In this document: piece after piece, positions 1-12,313 of the stretch
Position numbering within the stretch: the stretch's first letter is position 1
Layout of the letters: each line of letters opens with the position of its first letter
NCBI GenBank assembly: GCA_951406725.2
Contig: OX597835.1
Span: 33,914,001 to 33,978,000, forward strand
Direction of reading: 5' to 3'
DNA from: Octopus vulgaris
Taxonomy: Eukaryota
DNA: 64,000 bases
The notes under the pieces: model-generated
Database searches by the model: none
Told to the model about the DNA's origin: nothing
Seen by the model: only the letters and a program-made list of their open reading frames with translations
Translations under genes and position numbers: made by a program

Positions 1-507
1 AAAAACGATTTTCTTTTGTTATCTTAATACTGAATGTTATCTTCAGAATGGATTTTCCTCTTCGCCATCTTTTCTATACACTAGCTGTTGTAATCCTTCA
101 TATGTGTATCTATACATATTGATACATATTCATACATATATACATTCATGCACGTATAGATATATGTATACCTGTGTATGTGCATATGTGTGCATATATA
201 TATATATATGTATATATGAGTGTGTGTGTCTGTATATATATGTATATATATACAGACACACTCGCACACATCACATATATATGAATATATATATATGCAC
301 ATATAAGCATACATATATATATATATAGGCATATATGTACATATATACATGTATATGTGTGTGTGAGTGTGTATGTGTGAGTGTGTGTGTGTGTGTGTGT
401 GTATGTGTGTGTGTGTTCTGTGTCTCATGTGTCAATAGGGTTTTCTAAGAGAAATATAGATGTACAGAAATAAATTCGCTCTTTCCATTACACTTTCCTC
501 CACCCCC

Positions 508-573
<66 letters not shown>

Positions 574-613
574 GTGTGTGTATGTACTTATGCGTATATA
601 CCTACCTAATCTT

Positions 614-648
<35 letters not shown>

Positions 649-696
649 TTTTATGCATATATGTAATAGTTTGTATACACCCGTATATTTAAACAT

Positions 697-761
<65 letters not shown>

Positions 762-1169
762 AGCGCGCTTGGACGTGCGTATGTGTGTGTGTGTGTTAGT
801 GACTGTCATGGCTAACAGTGGTGCTGTTACGGTGATAAGCATGTCTTTGGAGCGCACATTTTGCTGTATATTCTTGCATTCTTGTCTTTGGTTCATGACG
901 GCGATGGCGATGGCGGCGGTGGTGGTGTTAGTGATAATGACGGTTTGAGTGGTAACTGTTGTGGTGGTGGTGGTGGTGGTGGTGGTTATCTGTGGTTTAT
1001 GTAATGTTTTGGCTTGTTATTCTTTTCGTTTAAATAGATTGAAAAACCAGGCTAGCTTAGAAGAAATCCTTACAAGTGCGACTTTTCATTTTCACGCACT
1101 TTCTTTCCTCTCTCTGTCACTCTGACAGTCTCTCTCTCTCTCTCTTTCTCTTATTCTTATATATATATA

Positions 1170-1218
<49 letters not shown>

Positions 1219-1389
1219 TTATGCATGTATGTATATATTTATAAAAATTGATATATGTGTGTGTATATATTGTCACTGTCTGATTCTTATACTCTCTCAC
1301 GCTCTCTCCCACTCCCTCCCTCTCTGTCTCTTTCTCTCTGTCACTCTTTCTCTATCTCTCTCATTCGCTCTCTTCCTCTCTCTCGCTCT

Positions 1390-1713
1390 CTCTCTCACCC
1401 GCTCTCTCTCTCTCTCTATCACTGTACCTCTTTCTTCATTGCTCTCCCTCATTTCTTCGCTCTCTTTCTCTCGTTCTCTCTCTCTTCCTCTCTTTCTATC
1501 ACTGTACCTCTTTCTTCATTGCTCTCCCTCACTCCTTCGCTCTCTTTCTCTTGTTCTCTCTCTCTCTCTCTGTCTTCCTCTCTCTCTATCACTGTACCTC
1601 TTTCTTTATTGCTCTCCCTCACTACTTCGCTCTCTTTCTCTCGTTCTCTCTCTCTCTCTTCCCCTCTCTCTATCACTGTACCTCTTTCTTTACTGCTCTC
1701 CCTCACTCCTTCA

Positions 1714-1744
<31 letters not shown>

Positions 1745-1830
1745 CCTCTTCCCCTCTCTCTATCACTGTACCTCTTTCTTTATTGCTCTCCCTCACTCCT
1801 TCACTCACTCTATCTCATTCTCTCTCTCCC
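1390..1830. repeat. CT-rich minisatellite, about 5 units of 80-90 bp
   Basis: Recurring core CTCTCTATCACTGTACCTCTTTCTT(C/T)ATTGCTCTCCCTCA separated by (CT)n. Confidence 0.85.
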
Positions 1831-2392
1831 TCTCTGCCTTATCATCTCTCTCTTTCTCTTTATTTAAACTTTCCTCCTTCCTCTCCTCTCCTCCCTCATT
1901 GACGTCATACAAAATTCAAAAATAAAACCAAAACAATTAATGAATATTTTAAATAAACATATAGATAAATAAGTAAGTAATGAAATTAGAAACTGCTCCA
2001 AAAGACATAAAATCACTGTTGCAGTTGTTGTTCTTGTTGTTATTATAGTGCTTGTGATTGTTACTGCTGTTGTTGTCGCCGCCGTTTTCTCAAGTTTAAG
2101 GCTGTTTTACACATTCAAGGCTAATCTCGATATTGCTTGCTTGTGTAATTGAGTTAGATCGAAACCGCCATTGCTCTTACGCAACGCTAATCCACTATAT
2201 ACTGTTGAAGTGGAAATTCCACCGACCACATTACCTGACTGGTGGAGGACGAAGAGAGAAGGGTGATCTTTAATGCACAAACGGCAGATACTGTTAGCTT
2301 CCAAATATACCACGTTTTGAAATCACGAATAAAAAATACTCCTTTGCATCAGTTTGATATTTAGAGTTCCCCAACAACACAACTGCTTACCT

Positions 2393-2807
2393 GGATCTTT
2401 ACGGTTTGAACGGCAGTTTTTAACATAATTTCTAGGTAACTAAAAACTTTTAAACTTCGTATACTGGTAGAATGTGTTTATAAAACATCTTTTTCTCTTG
2501 GCTTTATTGAGAAAATTCTATAGTTTGTAAGATATTTGATGTGTTTTTTTCTTCAATTTCTGCAATTTCAACCAATCGATGACGTCCATTGAGTTAAAAA
2601 ATCATTCCGTGCCGTATGAATATGTTCCTCATTTGAGAAACAGATTTACATTTGTAAAGAAAAAAGATACCCTTACACCCACCCCTAACCCTAACCCTAA
2701 CCCTAAAACAGATTGAAATGCAATAGATCGATATTAGGGTCATAATTATGGGTGACAATTTCATATGACACCGCTAGAAAAAACTGCCGTTCAAACCGAA
2801 AACATCC
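2393..2807 (+). mobile_element. MITE, Merlin-like, with internal (CCCTAA)n, copy 1
   Basis: About 29-bp TIR GGATCTTT.CGGTTTGAACGGCAGTTTTT...AAAAACTGCCGTTCAAACCGAAAA.ATCC; 8-bp TSD GCTTACCT/GTTTACCT; CCCTAA repeats at about 2683-2706. Confidence 0.85.
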
Positions 2808-2929
2808 GTTTACCTAAACAAATCAGAAGTGTACGAGGAGGTTCTGAAATGTTTCTGGGTTTGGGTAAAAGAAAATACAAGAGGAACAGTTAGTTATGTT
2901 TTTACATATTACTCTATCGGATTATCATA

Positions 2930-3017
2930 CAGGTAGTCCATTCGGACTACATGTCCGACCCACCGGAGCGCTGGGCCTTCATGATGAGGGCTTCGATCCC
3001 ACGCATTTCGATCCCGG
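2930..3017 (-). mobile_element. RTE-clade LINE fragment
   Basis: Minus strand reads GIEALIMKAQ / RWVGHVVRMD across a frameshift, typical of the RTE ORF C-terminal region. Confidence 0.6.
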
Positions 3018-3019
3018 AC

Positions 3020-3103
<84 letters not shown>

Positions 3104-3705
3104 AAATGGAAAGATGAATTATCTTGTTACGGATTATTCAAAGGTTTAAAAAATCTCTGAATAAATTTTGCAAGGGGATATTACTCCCCTTGGGCGATTG
3201 GTCGGTTTTTTAGAAGCAAGGGCAGGAATTATACCCCCCTGATTTTTGGCGAGGTTAATTTAGACAAGCAGGCCACTGACGGACACACGAACACAGAATT
3301 ATTTCAGCCGCCTGACCGGCTTCTTTCAGCAGTGCTCACTATCTCGCGCTCCTCGCCACCATACGGCCACGCATACATAGGCTTGCATACACACACATGC
3401 ATGTAGGTAGGTAGTTTCTCGCACCTAAATAAGACACCCTGAATTCTTAAAATATTCAGAGCATTAGCTTTGGTTACACAGAATATCTTCACACCCCTTG
3501 TTTTCATTATTTCCTCACCTACCAGATTTGACCGCGGCCTGACCTTGATTTATTCCAACGGACTTTTTTGTCGGCCTCCACCAACCCCCCGATTTCAACG
3601 TACATTGAGAAACAGTTTACCCCACTACATGGGCTCCTATGGAGCGTTCTTGTTCGAGTTGCTTGCTGCGCCTTTGTTTTGTTTGGACATCGTAATTCCT
3701 GGATT

Positions 3706-3785
3706 TTCCTGAAGAGAAAGCTGCAATATGGTATCCTTATTCAATCAGAATTTGGAAATCTGTGGCCTTTGAAACATGTGTAGAA
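3706..3785 (+). ncRNA. Type I hammerhead ribozyme in a (TA)n-flanked Penelope-like segment (3097-3843)
   Basis: TTC-CTGAAGA-GAAAGCTGCA...TGTGGCCTTT-GAAAC-ATGT-GTA^GAA, followed by AATAAA. Confidence 0.65.
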
Positions 3786-3839
3786 TGTAATAAAAGGAAT
3801 TCTGTAGAATCTTCGTTCAGCTCCATTTCTTCCATTCTC

Positions 3840-3885
<46 letters not shown>

Positions 3886-3989
3886 AGCTAAATGTGGCGG
3901 TCCCATAGAGGACGATATTACTGTTGTTTTTAGCCCTAGGAAAAAAAAAATATATATATATATATATTCATATTCCTCTATCGGATTCT

Positions 3990-4150
3990 CCCACGTATTG
4001 CAGCAGCCCTTCAGTTTTTCTAAGCCCTGTAAAAGAACTCGGACGGTTGGGCTCCCAGACTGGCCTTTCGCGTTAACCTTAAAGCCAGGAACTGTTCAGC
4101 ACCCTCTCGTAAAAGAAACCTCAACTGAAACATTAAAGAAAAACATTGGG
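3990..4150 (-). mobile_element. mariner 3'-end remnant; related pieces at about 2830-2920 and 5640-5830
   Basis: Shared CTTCAGTTTTTCTAAGCCCTGTAAAAGAACTC block; minus strand resembles the mariner C-terminal FF.GL.KL..R motif. Confidence 0.5.
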
Positions 4151-4279
4151 TAAAATCCTAACGACCATACTTGGCCCAGCCAAACATTCCAGGATACACA
4201 GAGGGAAGATTAGCGACTACAATCACAAACATAGAGCAACTTCCGGCCATTAAGCGACAACAAAACCGGTAGAAAATAA

Positions 4280-4525
4280 GTGGTGGTGGTGGTGGTGGTG
4301 ATGGGTGATGGTGTGGTTGTTGTTGTTGGTGGTGGTGGTGGTGATTGGTGGTGGTGGTGGTGGTGGTGGTGGTGGTGATGGTAGTGATGATGACGGTGTT
4401 GTTGTTGATGGTGGTGGTGGTGGTGGTGGTGTTGGTGATGGTAGTGGTGGTGGTGGTGGTGATGGCGGTGATGGTACGAGGAGTGAAGAAAGAGCAAGGG
4501 GTGGGAGGAGGAGGAGGAGGAGGAG
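4280..4525. repeat. (GGT)n/(GAT)n/(GGA)n trinucleotide tract
   Basis: Direct reading. Confidence 0.9.
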
Positions 4526-4758
4526 ACATTCCATGAGATTCCTCCAGTTTGTGACTAATTTCGTCTTTGATCTTGCCACAATGTCTCCATAATAGATCTA
4601 ATTTACAAATTTACATGCTGAAGATTCCTAATAACGACGAAATTATGCATTTTTCTACACATACAAACATCTCTTTTGCATATCTATATATATAGCAGAA
4701 AGAGCTGTTAGTATATTGCATAATTTTCTTTCCCTTTGCCATTTATTTAATATAGATG

Positions 4759-4821
<63 letters not shown>

Positions 4822-4904
4822 ATGTGTGTTTATTTAAATAATGTATATATATTTGATATATATATATATATTGGCTAAACTGGTTAAAATGACCATTCCA
4901 AAAT

Positions 4905-4989
<85 letters not shown>

Positions 4990-4991
<2 letters not shown>

Positions 4992-5157
4992 CGCAGGCGT
5001 GGTCGTGTGAGAGGAAGCTTGCTTCCCAACTACATAGTTCGGGTTCAGTCTTACTGCATGGTACCTTGGGCAAGTGTCTTCTACTATAGCCTCGGGCCGA
5101 CCGAAGCCTTGTGAGTGGATTTAACAGACGGGAAACTGAAAGAAGCCCATCGTATAC

Positions 5158-5188
<31 letters not shown>

Positions 5189-5445
5189 AGTGTGTTTGTA
5201 TGTATGTATGCATGTATGTATGTGTGTGTGTGTATGTGTGTGTGTTTGTGTTAGCGCCCTCACCACCGTTTGACAACTGGTGTTGTGTGTTTACGTCCCC
5301 GTAACTTAGCGTTTCACCAAATAGCTAAAATAAAGTCAATACCAGGCTTGAAAAAGAAGTACTTGGATCGATTCATTCTTCAAGACAGTGCCCCAGTATG
5401 GCCGCAGTCTAAAGACTGAAACAAGTATAAGATAACAGATAAAAG
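4990..5445 (+). mobile_element. SINE family A (tRNA-like head, CORE-like ACCTTGGGCAAGT, internal (TA)/(GT) tract, CR1-like tail)
   Basis: GGCGCAGGCGTGG...GGTTCAGTC...CCTTGGGCAAGTGTCTTCTACTATAGCC...GACTGAAACAAG; multicopy in window. Confidence 0.85.
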
Positions 5446-5446
5446 T

Positions 5447-5504
<58 letters not shown>

Positions 5505-5859
5505 TGTGTGTGTGCGTGTGTGTGTGTATGTGTAATTACTTAAGTAAATGTAAGAAATTTTAAATTTCTAAATCTCTCGTAGAGATGTATATACATGTAA
5601 ATAAATGTATATACATTTAATACATACGTGCAGAACCGGTTCTGGCTTTGGGTAAATGAAAATACAGAAGGATCAGTTAGTTATGAATTTATTCAACGTA
5701 TTTCCCTCTCAGATTCACACACTTATCGCAGCGGTCCTTCAGTTTTTCTAAGCCCTGTAAAAGAACTCTGAAGTTTAAGGTTTCCAGCCAGGTCTGTTGT
5801 GATACCTTTAAAGAAACTTTCAGCACCCCCTCTCCCTTCATGTATATTCTTTCATTATT

Positions 5860-6086
5860 TTATTCTTTTATTTGTTTCAGTCATTCGACTGCGGCCATAC
5901 TGGAGCACCGCCTTTAGTCGAGCAAATCGAACCCCAGGACTTATTCTTTGTAAGCCTAGTACTTATTCTATAAGTCTCTTTTTGCCGAACCGCTAAGTTA
6001 CGGGCGTGTAAACACACCACCATCGCTTGTCAAGCGATGTTCGAGGGACAAACACAAACACACAAACACACTCACACACACATACA

Positions 6087-6130
<44 letters not shown>

Positions 6131-6189
6131 CATATATAAGATGGGCTTCTTTCAGTTTCCGTCTACCAAATCCACTCACAAGGCTTTGG
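5860..6189 (-). mobile_element. SINE family A, 5'-truncated
   Basis: Matches the body and tail of other family A copies. Confidence 0.85.
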
Positions 6190-6692
6190 ATTTTAAATTT
6201 GAGAGCACTGAAAAAATTGAACATATCTATCTGAATCCAAACGGCATCAGACAAAACTATATCCAATGACCAGTACCAACGAATTCAAAATATACCAATG
6301 AGATCTCGCATTTCCCCTCACTCACCCACGTGTGTTATCGAGCAAAAGATTCTAGAGAAAAAGTTTATTATCAGGGAGAGAATTATATAATCAATAATAA
6401 TAAAGGGTAAAATTAATTAATTAATTAATAATTATGAATTGCTAATAATTTTACCAAGTAGTTTCGGCATGTTAAAAGAAGCATTATCGATAAACTTAAA
6501 CAATAATTTTTTATAATTATGAGTATAATTATAATTAGGGTTCAGCAAAAATTTGCTTCAGAACATACCGAAAATTTAGAAATAGCTGCCAAACACCTAT
6601 CTATTTCTCTACCATAAGAGAATCCCCCAGATAACATATACTCAAAAACAATCCCTTTATTATTATTGATTATACATATATATATACTATTT

Positions 6693-7095
6693 TCTCTCTT
6701 TTTACTCTTTTACTTGTTTCAGTCATTTGACTGCGGCCATGCTAGAGCACCGCCTTTAGTCGAGCAAATCGACCCCAGGACTTATTCTTTGTAAGCCTAG
6801 TACTTATTCTATTGGTCTCTTTTACCGAACCACTAGGTTACGGGGACGTAAACACACCAGCTGTCAAGCGATGTTGGGGGGACAAACACAGACACACAAA
6901 CATATACACACACATACATATATATACATATATACGACGGGTTTCTTTCAGTTTCCGTCTACCAAATTCACTCACAAGGCTTTGATCCGAGGCTATAGCA
7001 GAAGAGATTTGCGCAAGGTGCCACGCAGTGGGACTGAACCCGGAACCATGTGGTTCGTAAGCAAGCTACTTACCACACAGCCACTCCTACGCCTG
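6693..7095 (-). mobile_element. SINE family A, full length
   Basis: Matches other family A copies. Confidence 0.9.
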
Positions 7096-7316
7096 CATAT
7101 ATTTGGTATTCTACCAAATATATACGTTTTATTTATTATTTTGCACATTACTTAATCACCGTTATATGTTTTATCCTATATTTAATCTTTCTGTAATATG
7201 TAATTTTTCTAAATGGTATAATTTAAATTTTCATTATTGAATTGATAAAAGGTGGTATTTTATATATATATATATTTATATATATATATATATATATATA
7301 TGAAAGAGTCATCCTT

Positions 7317-7423
7317 GTAGTAGTTACGGCGGTACATATTCTAAAATTAGAACGATACAGAGAAAATTAGTATAGCCCCTGTGCAAGGATGACACGCAAA
7401 TTCGTGAACCGTTCTATAATTTT
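7317..7423 (+). pseudogene. U6: U6 snRNA pseudogene (full length, diverged)
   Basis: Colinear with U6 (ACATAT.CTAAAATT.GAACGATACAGAGAA.ATTAG...CAAGGATGACACGCAAATTCGTGAA.CGTTC.ATA.TTTT); ACAGAGA box intact at 7357-7363 but AGC triad reads AGT. Confidence 0.9.
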
Positions 7424-7510
7424 AAGTGAATAAACATCATTAAAATTGCATTTTCAAACCTTCTTTCATATGTATTTCCACTCGTGCGGTACCTTACAAC
7501 TTTCCTTTGT

Positions 7511-7541
<31 letters not shown>

Positions 7542-7729
7542 AATAAAATATATGCATATATATAAACATATATGTACGTACCTACCTCTACATGTACATA
7601 TACACGCATATATGTGTACAGGACACCACAAGGACGTCGAACACATAGAGAGACGAAAAACATAGACACAAACCAAGGAACAAGACAAGCAAAAAAAGGA
7701 GATACAGGACAATAAGCACAACGAAAAAT

Positions 7730-7805
7730 CCCCTTCTTCAGTCGCTAAAGTTTCATCTACTAAACGTTTCGAAGGATAAAAGCGAGACGTATACTTCGAA
7801 TGAAA
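7730..7805 (-). ncRNA. Rearranged (non-circularly permuted) hammerhead ribozyme, family 1
   Basis: Minus strand: TTTCATT..ACGTC^TCGCT-TTTAT-CCTTC-GAAACGT..GATGAAA-CTTT-AGCGA-CTGAAGA-A-GGGG; all three stems pair. Confidence 0.7.
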
Positions 7806-8248
7806 AATTCCTTCCTGCGAAAAGCAAATCAATTAAAATTCTGAGATCTTGTCGCAGAGGGGTAAAAAAAAGCAAGACGGTAACGACAGTACAAACATAT
7901 AAACAGTAAAAAATATATATATAAACAGTGGAAAAATAAATATATAACAGTGAGAGACAGGACAAGGAGAACAAGATAAGAAGGGCTGTTAACGCCAGAC
8001 GAAAAAAGTATTGCAAACGCTGGATTATATATATATATATATATATACCCCTACGACAAAACTACGAATCTTTTTTCGGCAGTACTATTTTGTGACTCAC
8101 ATGGTAGAAAAAATTTGGGAGGGAAATACGAATTCACTTGTCTATATTAATGTGGATATGCTGATTAGCTTTTATATGTTCCAATGACGCTTGGTCGGAA
8201 ATATAAGGGTCAAGTTTTCCTAGCATTTCTAGATTTATTTATCGGAAT

Positions 8249-8307
8249 ATTATGTCGATGAAGGAAATGAATCTTATGATTCTAATCCAGAAACGTACGT
8301 CCATAAT
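8249..8307 (+). ncRNA. Degenerate type I hammerhead ribozyme
   Basis: ATTATG-TCGATGA-AGGA..GAATC TTAT GATTC..TCCA-GAAAC-GTAC-GTC^CATAAT; stem I perfect, core CT changed to TC. Confidence 0.65.
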
Positions 8308-8496
8308 TAATCGCAGATTGTTTGATTTCATTATTTTTCTTCTTTTTTTTTTTTTTGCCATATATGAATTACAAATATTGTTGTCTGTGGAGACATATTT
8401 TTGTAGAAAAAGGAAATAGTAGTCCTTTGGCTGCTATTTCTAAAATTTTCGGTATGTGGTCAAGCAACTTGTTGCAAAACCCTTATTGTTATAATT

Positions 8497-8548
<52 letters not shown>

Positions 8549-9005
8549 AAAACATCGATGAGTCGCTACTTGAAAGAAATTCATCAACTGTTTTCCAATA
8601 AAACCGTCCTTTTCTTATATTTGTTAACGTACGCGTATACAAACACGTCATACACACACACACGCACGTACGCACACGCATAAACACACACATACACACA
8701 TCAGACGGACAGACATAAATATACAAATGAGGTAAATATTGTCTTTCTGAGCGAACAGCAAAACTGAACATATTAAAGAATTTACCATAAATCGAGCACT
8801 GTCTGCGGAAGACAGAATTGTTGCTTGCATGATTACATTGTTGTGGAAGTAGTAAACTCATTATTTCCCTCGCTGTCTTATTACAGGAATCATTTGTTCT
8901 TTACATACAACGTTTCTTACACATGAGCGGATTCTTGAACAGGGCTGCTTCTGTTGCTACTGCTGTCATTGGGTTGGGTAGTCGTTCGCATGAATATATA
9001 TATAA

Positions 9006-9084
<79 letters not shown>

Positions 9085-9171
9085 ATATACATACATATAT
9101 ACACACATATATATGAATATATTATATATATATATGTATATATACATATATATGAATATTATATATATATG

Positions 9172-9202
<31 letters not shown>

Positions 9203-9345
9203 TGTGTGTGTGTATGTGAATATCATATATATATATGTGTGAATATTATATATATATATATGAATATAATATATATATAAATATGAATATTATATATATA
9301 TATACATACATATGCATATACAATTAGATATATATATGCATATAC

Positions 9346-9377
<32 letters not shown>

Positions 9378-9383
9378 ATACAG

Positions 9384-9612
9384 TGAAGGCGTATGGCCTA
9401 GTGGTAGGAATGTTACACTCACGATCACGAGAATGTGAGTTCGATTCCCTGATTGGGTGGCGTGTTGTGTTCTTGAGCAAAACACTTTATTTCGCATTGC
9501 TCCAGTCCTCTTTTGATCAAGAGGAAGTGTTGGTCTTGTCACTAGTGGGATGGCTAAAACGATACAAAAGCGCATTGTGACCAGCGATATGTAACAAAAT
9601 TTTGATAGTCAG
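9384..9612 (+). mobile_element. SINE family C (tRNA-derived head), diverged
   Basis: A box TGGCCTAGTGG, B box GAGTTCGATTCC, body TTGTGTTCTTGAGCAAAACAC. Confidence 0.75.
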
Positions 9613-9645
<33 letters not shown>

Positions 9646-10383
9646 ACAAACATGCAAACGCATATAGATATACAAACTTGTGTGTGTATTGAGAACATAT
9701 CTTTATAGGGCCTCGGAAACAGAAGCCAAAACTCTCTCCTTTCTCGTACCATCTTTAGTAACAATACAAAGACACTAAATATTGTATTCCACGTACTGCT
9801 GAAAAATACATAATGATCTTAGCTGGAGTGCTTTTGATCATAGATCTGTTTGTTTAGGGTAAATCAAGTTCTAAACAACCTTTCAACATAGGAAGTTGGT
9901 CGAGCTTTTAGGTGGTCTCTTGATCTGCTAGAAATATCAACCAAGTTTGCCTCAGATCATACTCTACCACGTTCAGAAAGAAAGAACATGTTAGACAATA
10001 TGATCTTTGTAGGACGATACCTAAATATCAGATGTGTTGGTCATGGATGACAAGTATGTTGACCAAAAGCCTGCTGGTTTAGAGCTGACCTGGTCACGAA
10101 CAACAAAAACAACGTTATAGGAAATGAGTAGGTTCTATAGTACAACACTGTTTCTCGCTTTTTCTTTCTCTTCTTTCCATCTCCTTTCCTCCCACTTTCT
10201 CTCTATATCTCTCTCTCTTTCTCTCTCTCTCTCCATTTGTTACTTATTCCAAGTAGATGCCAAATAAAATTACGATGATATACGAAAGGTTCATATAAAA
10301 TTAGATTAAATTAACTCTCGTTCAACATAAAACCATCAAAATATCTCACACGTTATCAAGCTAGTGCTTACGATATAACAGCT

Positions 10384-10447
<64 letters not shown>

Positions 10448-10458
10448 CAGCAGCAGCA
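10384..10458. repeat. (TAG)n(CAG)n microsatellite
   Basis: Direct reading. Confidence 0.95.
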
Positions 10459-10956
10459 GTTCTTGCAGCCGTAGCATCAGCGAGATGTAATATTTAATGA
10501 TATCAAATGGTGTGAAGAGAAACCATCATTTCTGATTAATAATGGCACACGTATTAGAGAAAGATTATGACGAGTAGCTCGAGATTTACCATATGGGGAC
10601 TGTAACCAGTTGTTATTGTTGAGATGTTGATCGAGTAAACTTATGATAAAAAGCATCCGGCCGTGACCATCTCGTGGGAAAAGCGAACTTCTTTTTTACT
10701 ACAGGCTATGCCGGCATCCAAATACCAATATACAAACATACATACATACATAAATGCATACATCACTTATATACTTACCAACAGCTATTCCTGTGTCACT
10801 CTCTTGCCGTTGAAATTATAATTACCCCTTCCACTTCCGGTTTGTTAGAGGTCGATAATGTCTGCCTAACCCACATCCATTTTTCCTTTACCCTGATTCT
10901 CTTCTCACATTTTTATCTCTTTATCTGTCTTCCTAGTCTCTCCGTGGTTTTCTTCT

Positions 10957-10993
10957 AGTATCTGAAGAAGGACCTTCTCCGAAACGTTATATT
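10957..10993 (+). ncRNA. Minimal type I hammerhead ribozyme
   Basis: AGTAT-CTGAAGA-A-GGA CCTTC TCC-GAAACGTT^ATATT; loopless palindromic stem III as in Penelope-associated minimal HHRs. Confidence 0.6.
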
Positions 10994-11238
10994 TTTACTC
11001 TGTAGCATTTTTCTTGTTTTAATGTCAACCAAACAATATTATATATATATAGATGTATCAAATTTAGATTTCATTTCTAAGGGTAATACATTCACGAAAA
11101 GATCGAAAGATATTTTAAACTTTTAAACCTTTTAAATAATCATATATTATATATTTCTACATCTATCTATTAATACAATATTATTGTGGACTTATATCTT
11201 CTGTGATGATTTTTTGATGTAATTTTCCTGCACTTATT

Positions 11239-11269
<31 letters not shown>

Positions 11270-11538
11270 CATCTATAACCGTGAGTCCGACAAAATATAT
11301 TGTGTGAGACTTATAGCAATGTATTAAGTGTTTCGACTCTCAGAATTCTTTGATTTGATACTAATAATTTAAGTGGCTTAACAATGTTCCTTTGAACTTG
11401 TCACCATCATGAATACACACACAAACACACACACACATGCGCGTGCATAAGCACATACAGAAATAAACAAGCAAGCAAATACATGCACACACATTCGTAC
11501 ACACACAAACACGCAAACATATGAGAATATGTACGAGT

Positions 11539-11579
<41 letters not shown>

Positions 11580-12116
11580 GAATACAAGTATATAAATTAG
11601 ATAAATAATTATATATAAATTGTATAATTATATAAAAAGTGTATAATCATTTAAATGAATCGAATTAGAAACAAGAATTACGCTTATGAAAGCAATCGTT
11701 ACTCTTCTTAAAGAGGCAAGAGATATAAATGGGAAAATATAATATGGAAGAAAATGGCGGAAGAGAGTGAAGTTTAAAATATAAATATAATGACATTGTG
11801 TCGCTTGACATCGTGAAGAGGGAAGAAGGGGAGGAAAGGAAGGAAAGGCAGATCCGGCGTTCTGTATTTCCCTTAGAAACGGCAACACTGTTTTATCATC
11901 TCGTAAAACAGCAGCGTTTGTATTATCAGATATTATCAGATAGAAATACAAAACCTTGTTTCGTGATAGATAACCCTCCACACATACAAGACTTCTCCCT
12001 CTCTCTCTCTATCTTTCTTTTTCTATATATATATATATATATATATACCCAGGCATCTGTCTATCTATCAATCAATCTATTTGTCCATCTATATCTATTT
12101 ATATCTATATATATAC

Positions 12117-12147
<31 letters not shown>

Positions 12148-12266
12148 TGTGTGTGTGTGTGTGTGTATAAACACATACCCACCGCATCTATCTATTTATC
12201 TTTCTGTCTTTCTATGTTTTATATATGGGTGTGTATGTATCTATATATATGTATGTGTATGTACGT

Positions 12267-12313
<47 letters not shown>

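Noticed and set aside
81-1925. Long ORFs rich in YI, HT, CV or SL (also 14156-15566, 28240-28815, 31050-31649, 50868-51672)
   Set aside because: They are translations of dinucleotide microsatellites that lack stop codons; no domain signal
2683-2706. Telomere or chromosome-fusion scar
   Set aside because: The CCCTAA runs are short and always at the same position inside a MITE
4158-4592. Pro/His/Thr/Gly/Val-rich ORFs (also 25113-25715, 51789-52961)
   Set aside because: Trinucleotide repeats open in most frames; no splice or codon evidence
7317-7423. Functional U6 gene
   Set aside because: AGC triad and 5' stem are mutated and no recognisable PSE is present
8860-8990. Possible host exons in unique stretches (also 2200-2320, 11860-11960, 45660-45840)
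   Set aside because: Only isolated splice-like signals and no recognisable protein; RNA-seq or homology search would be needed
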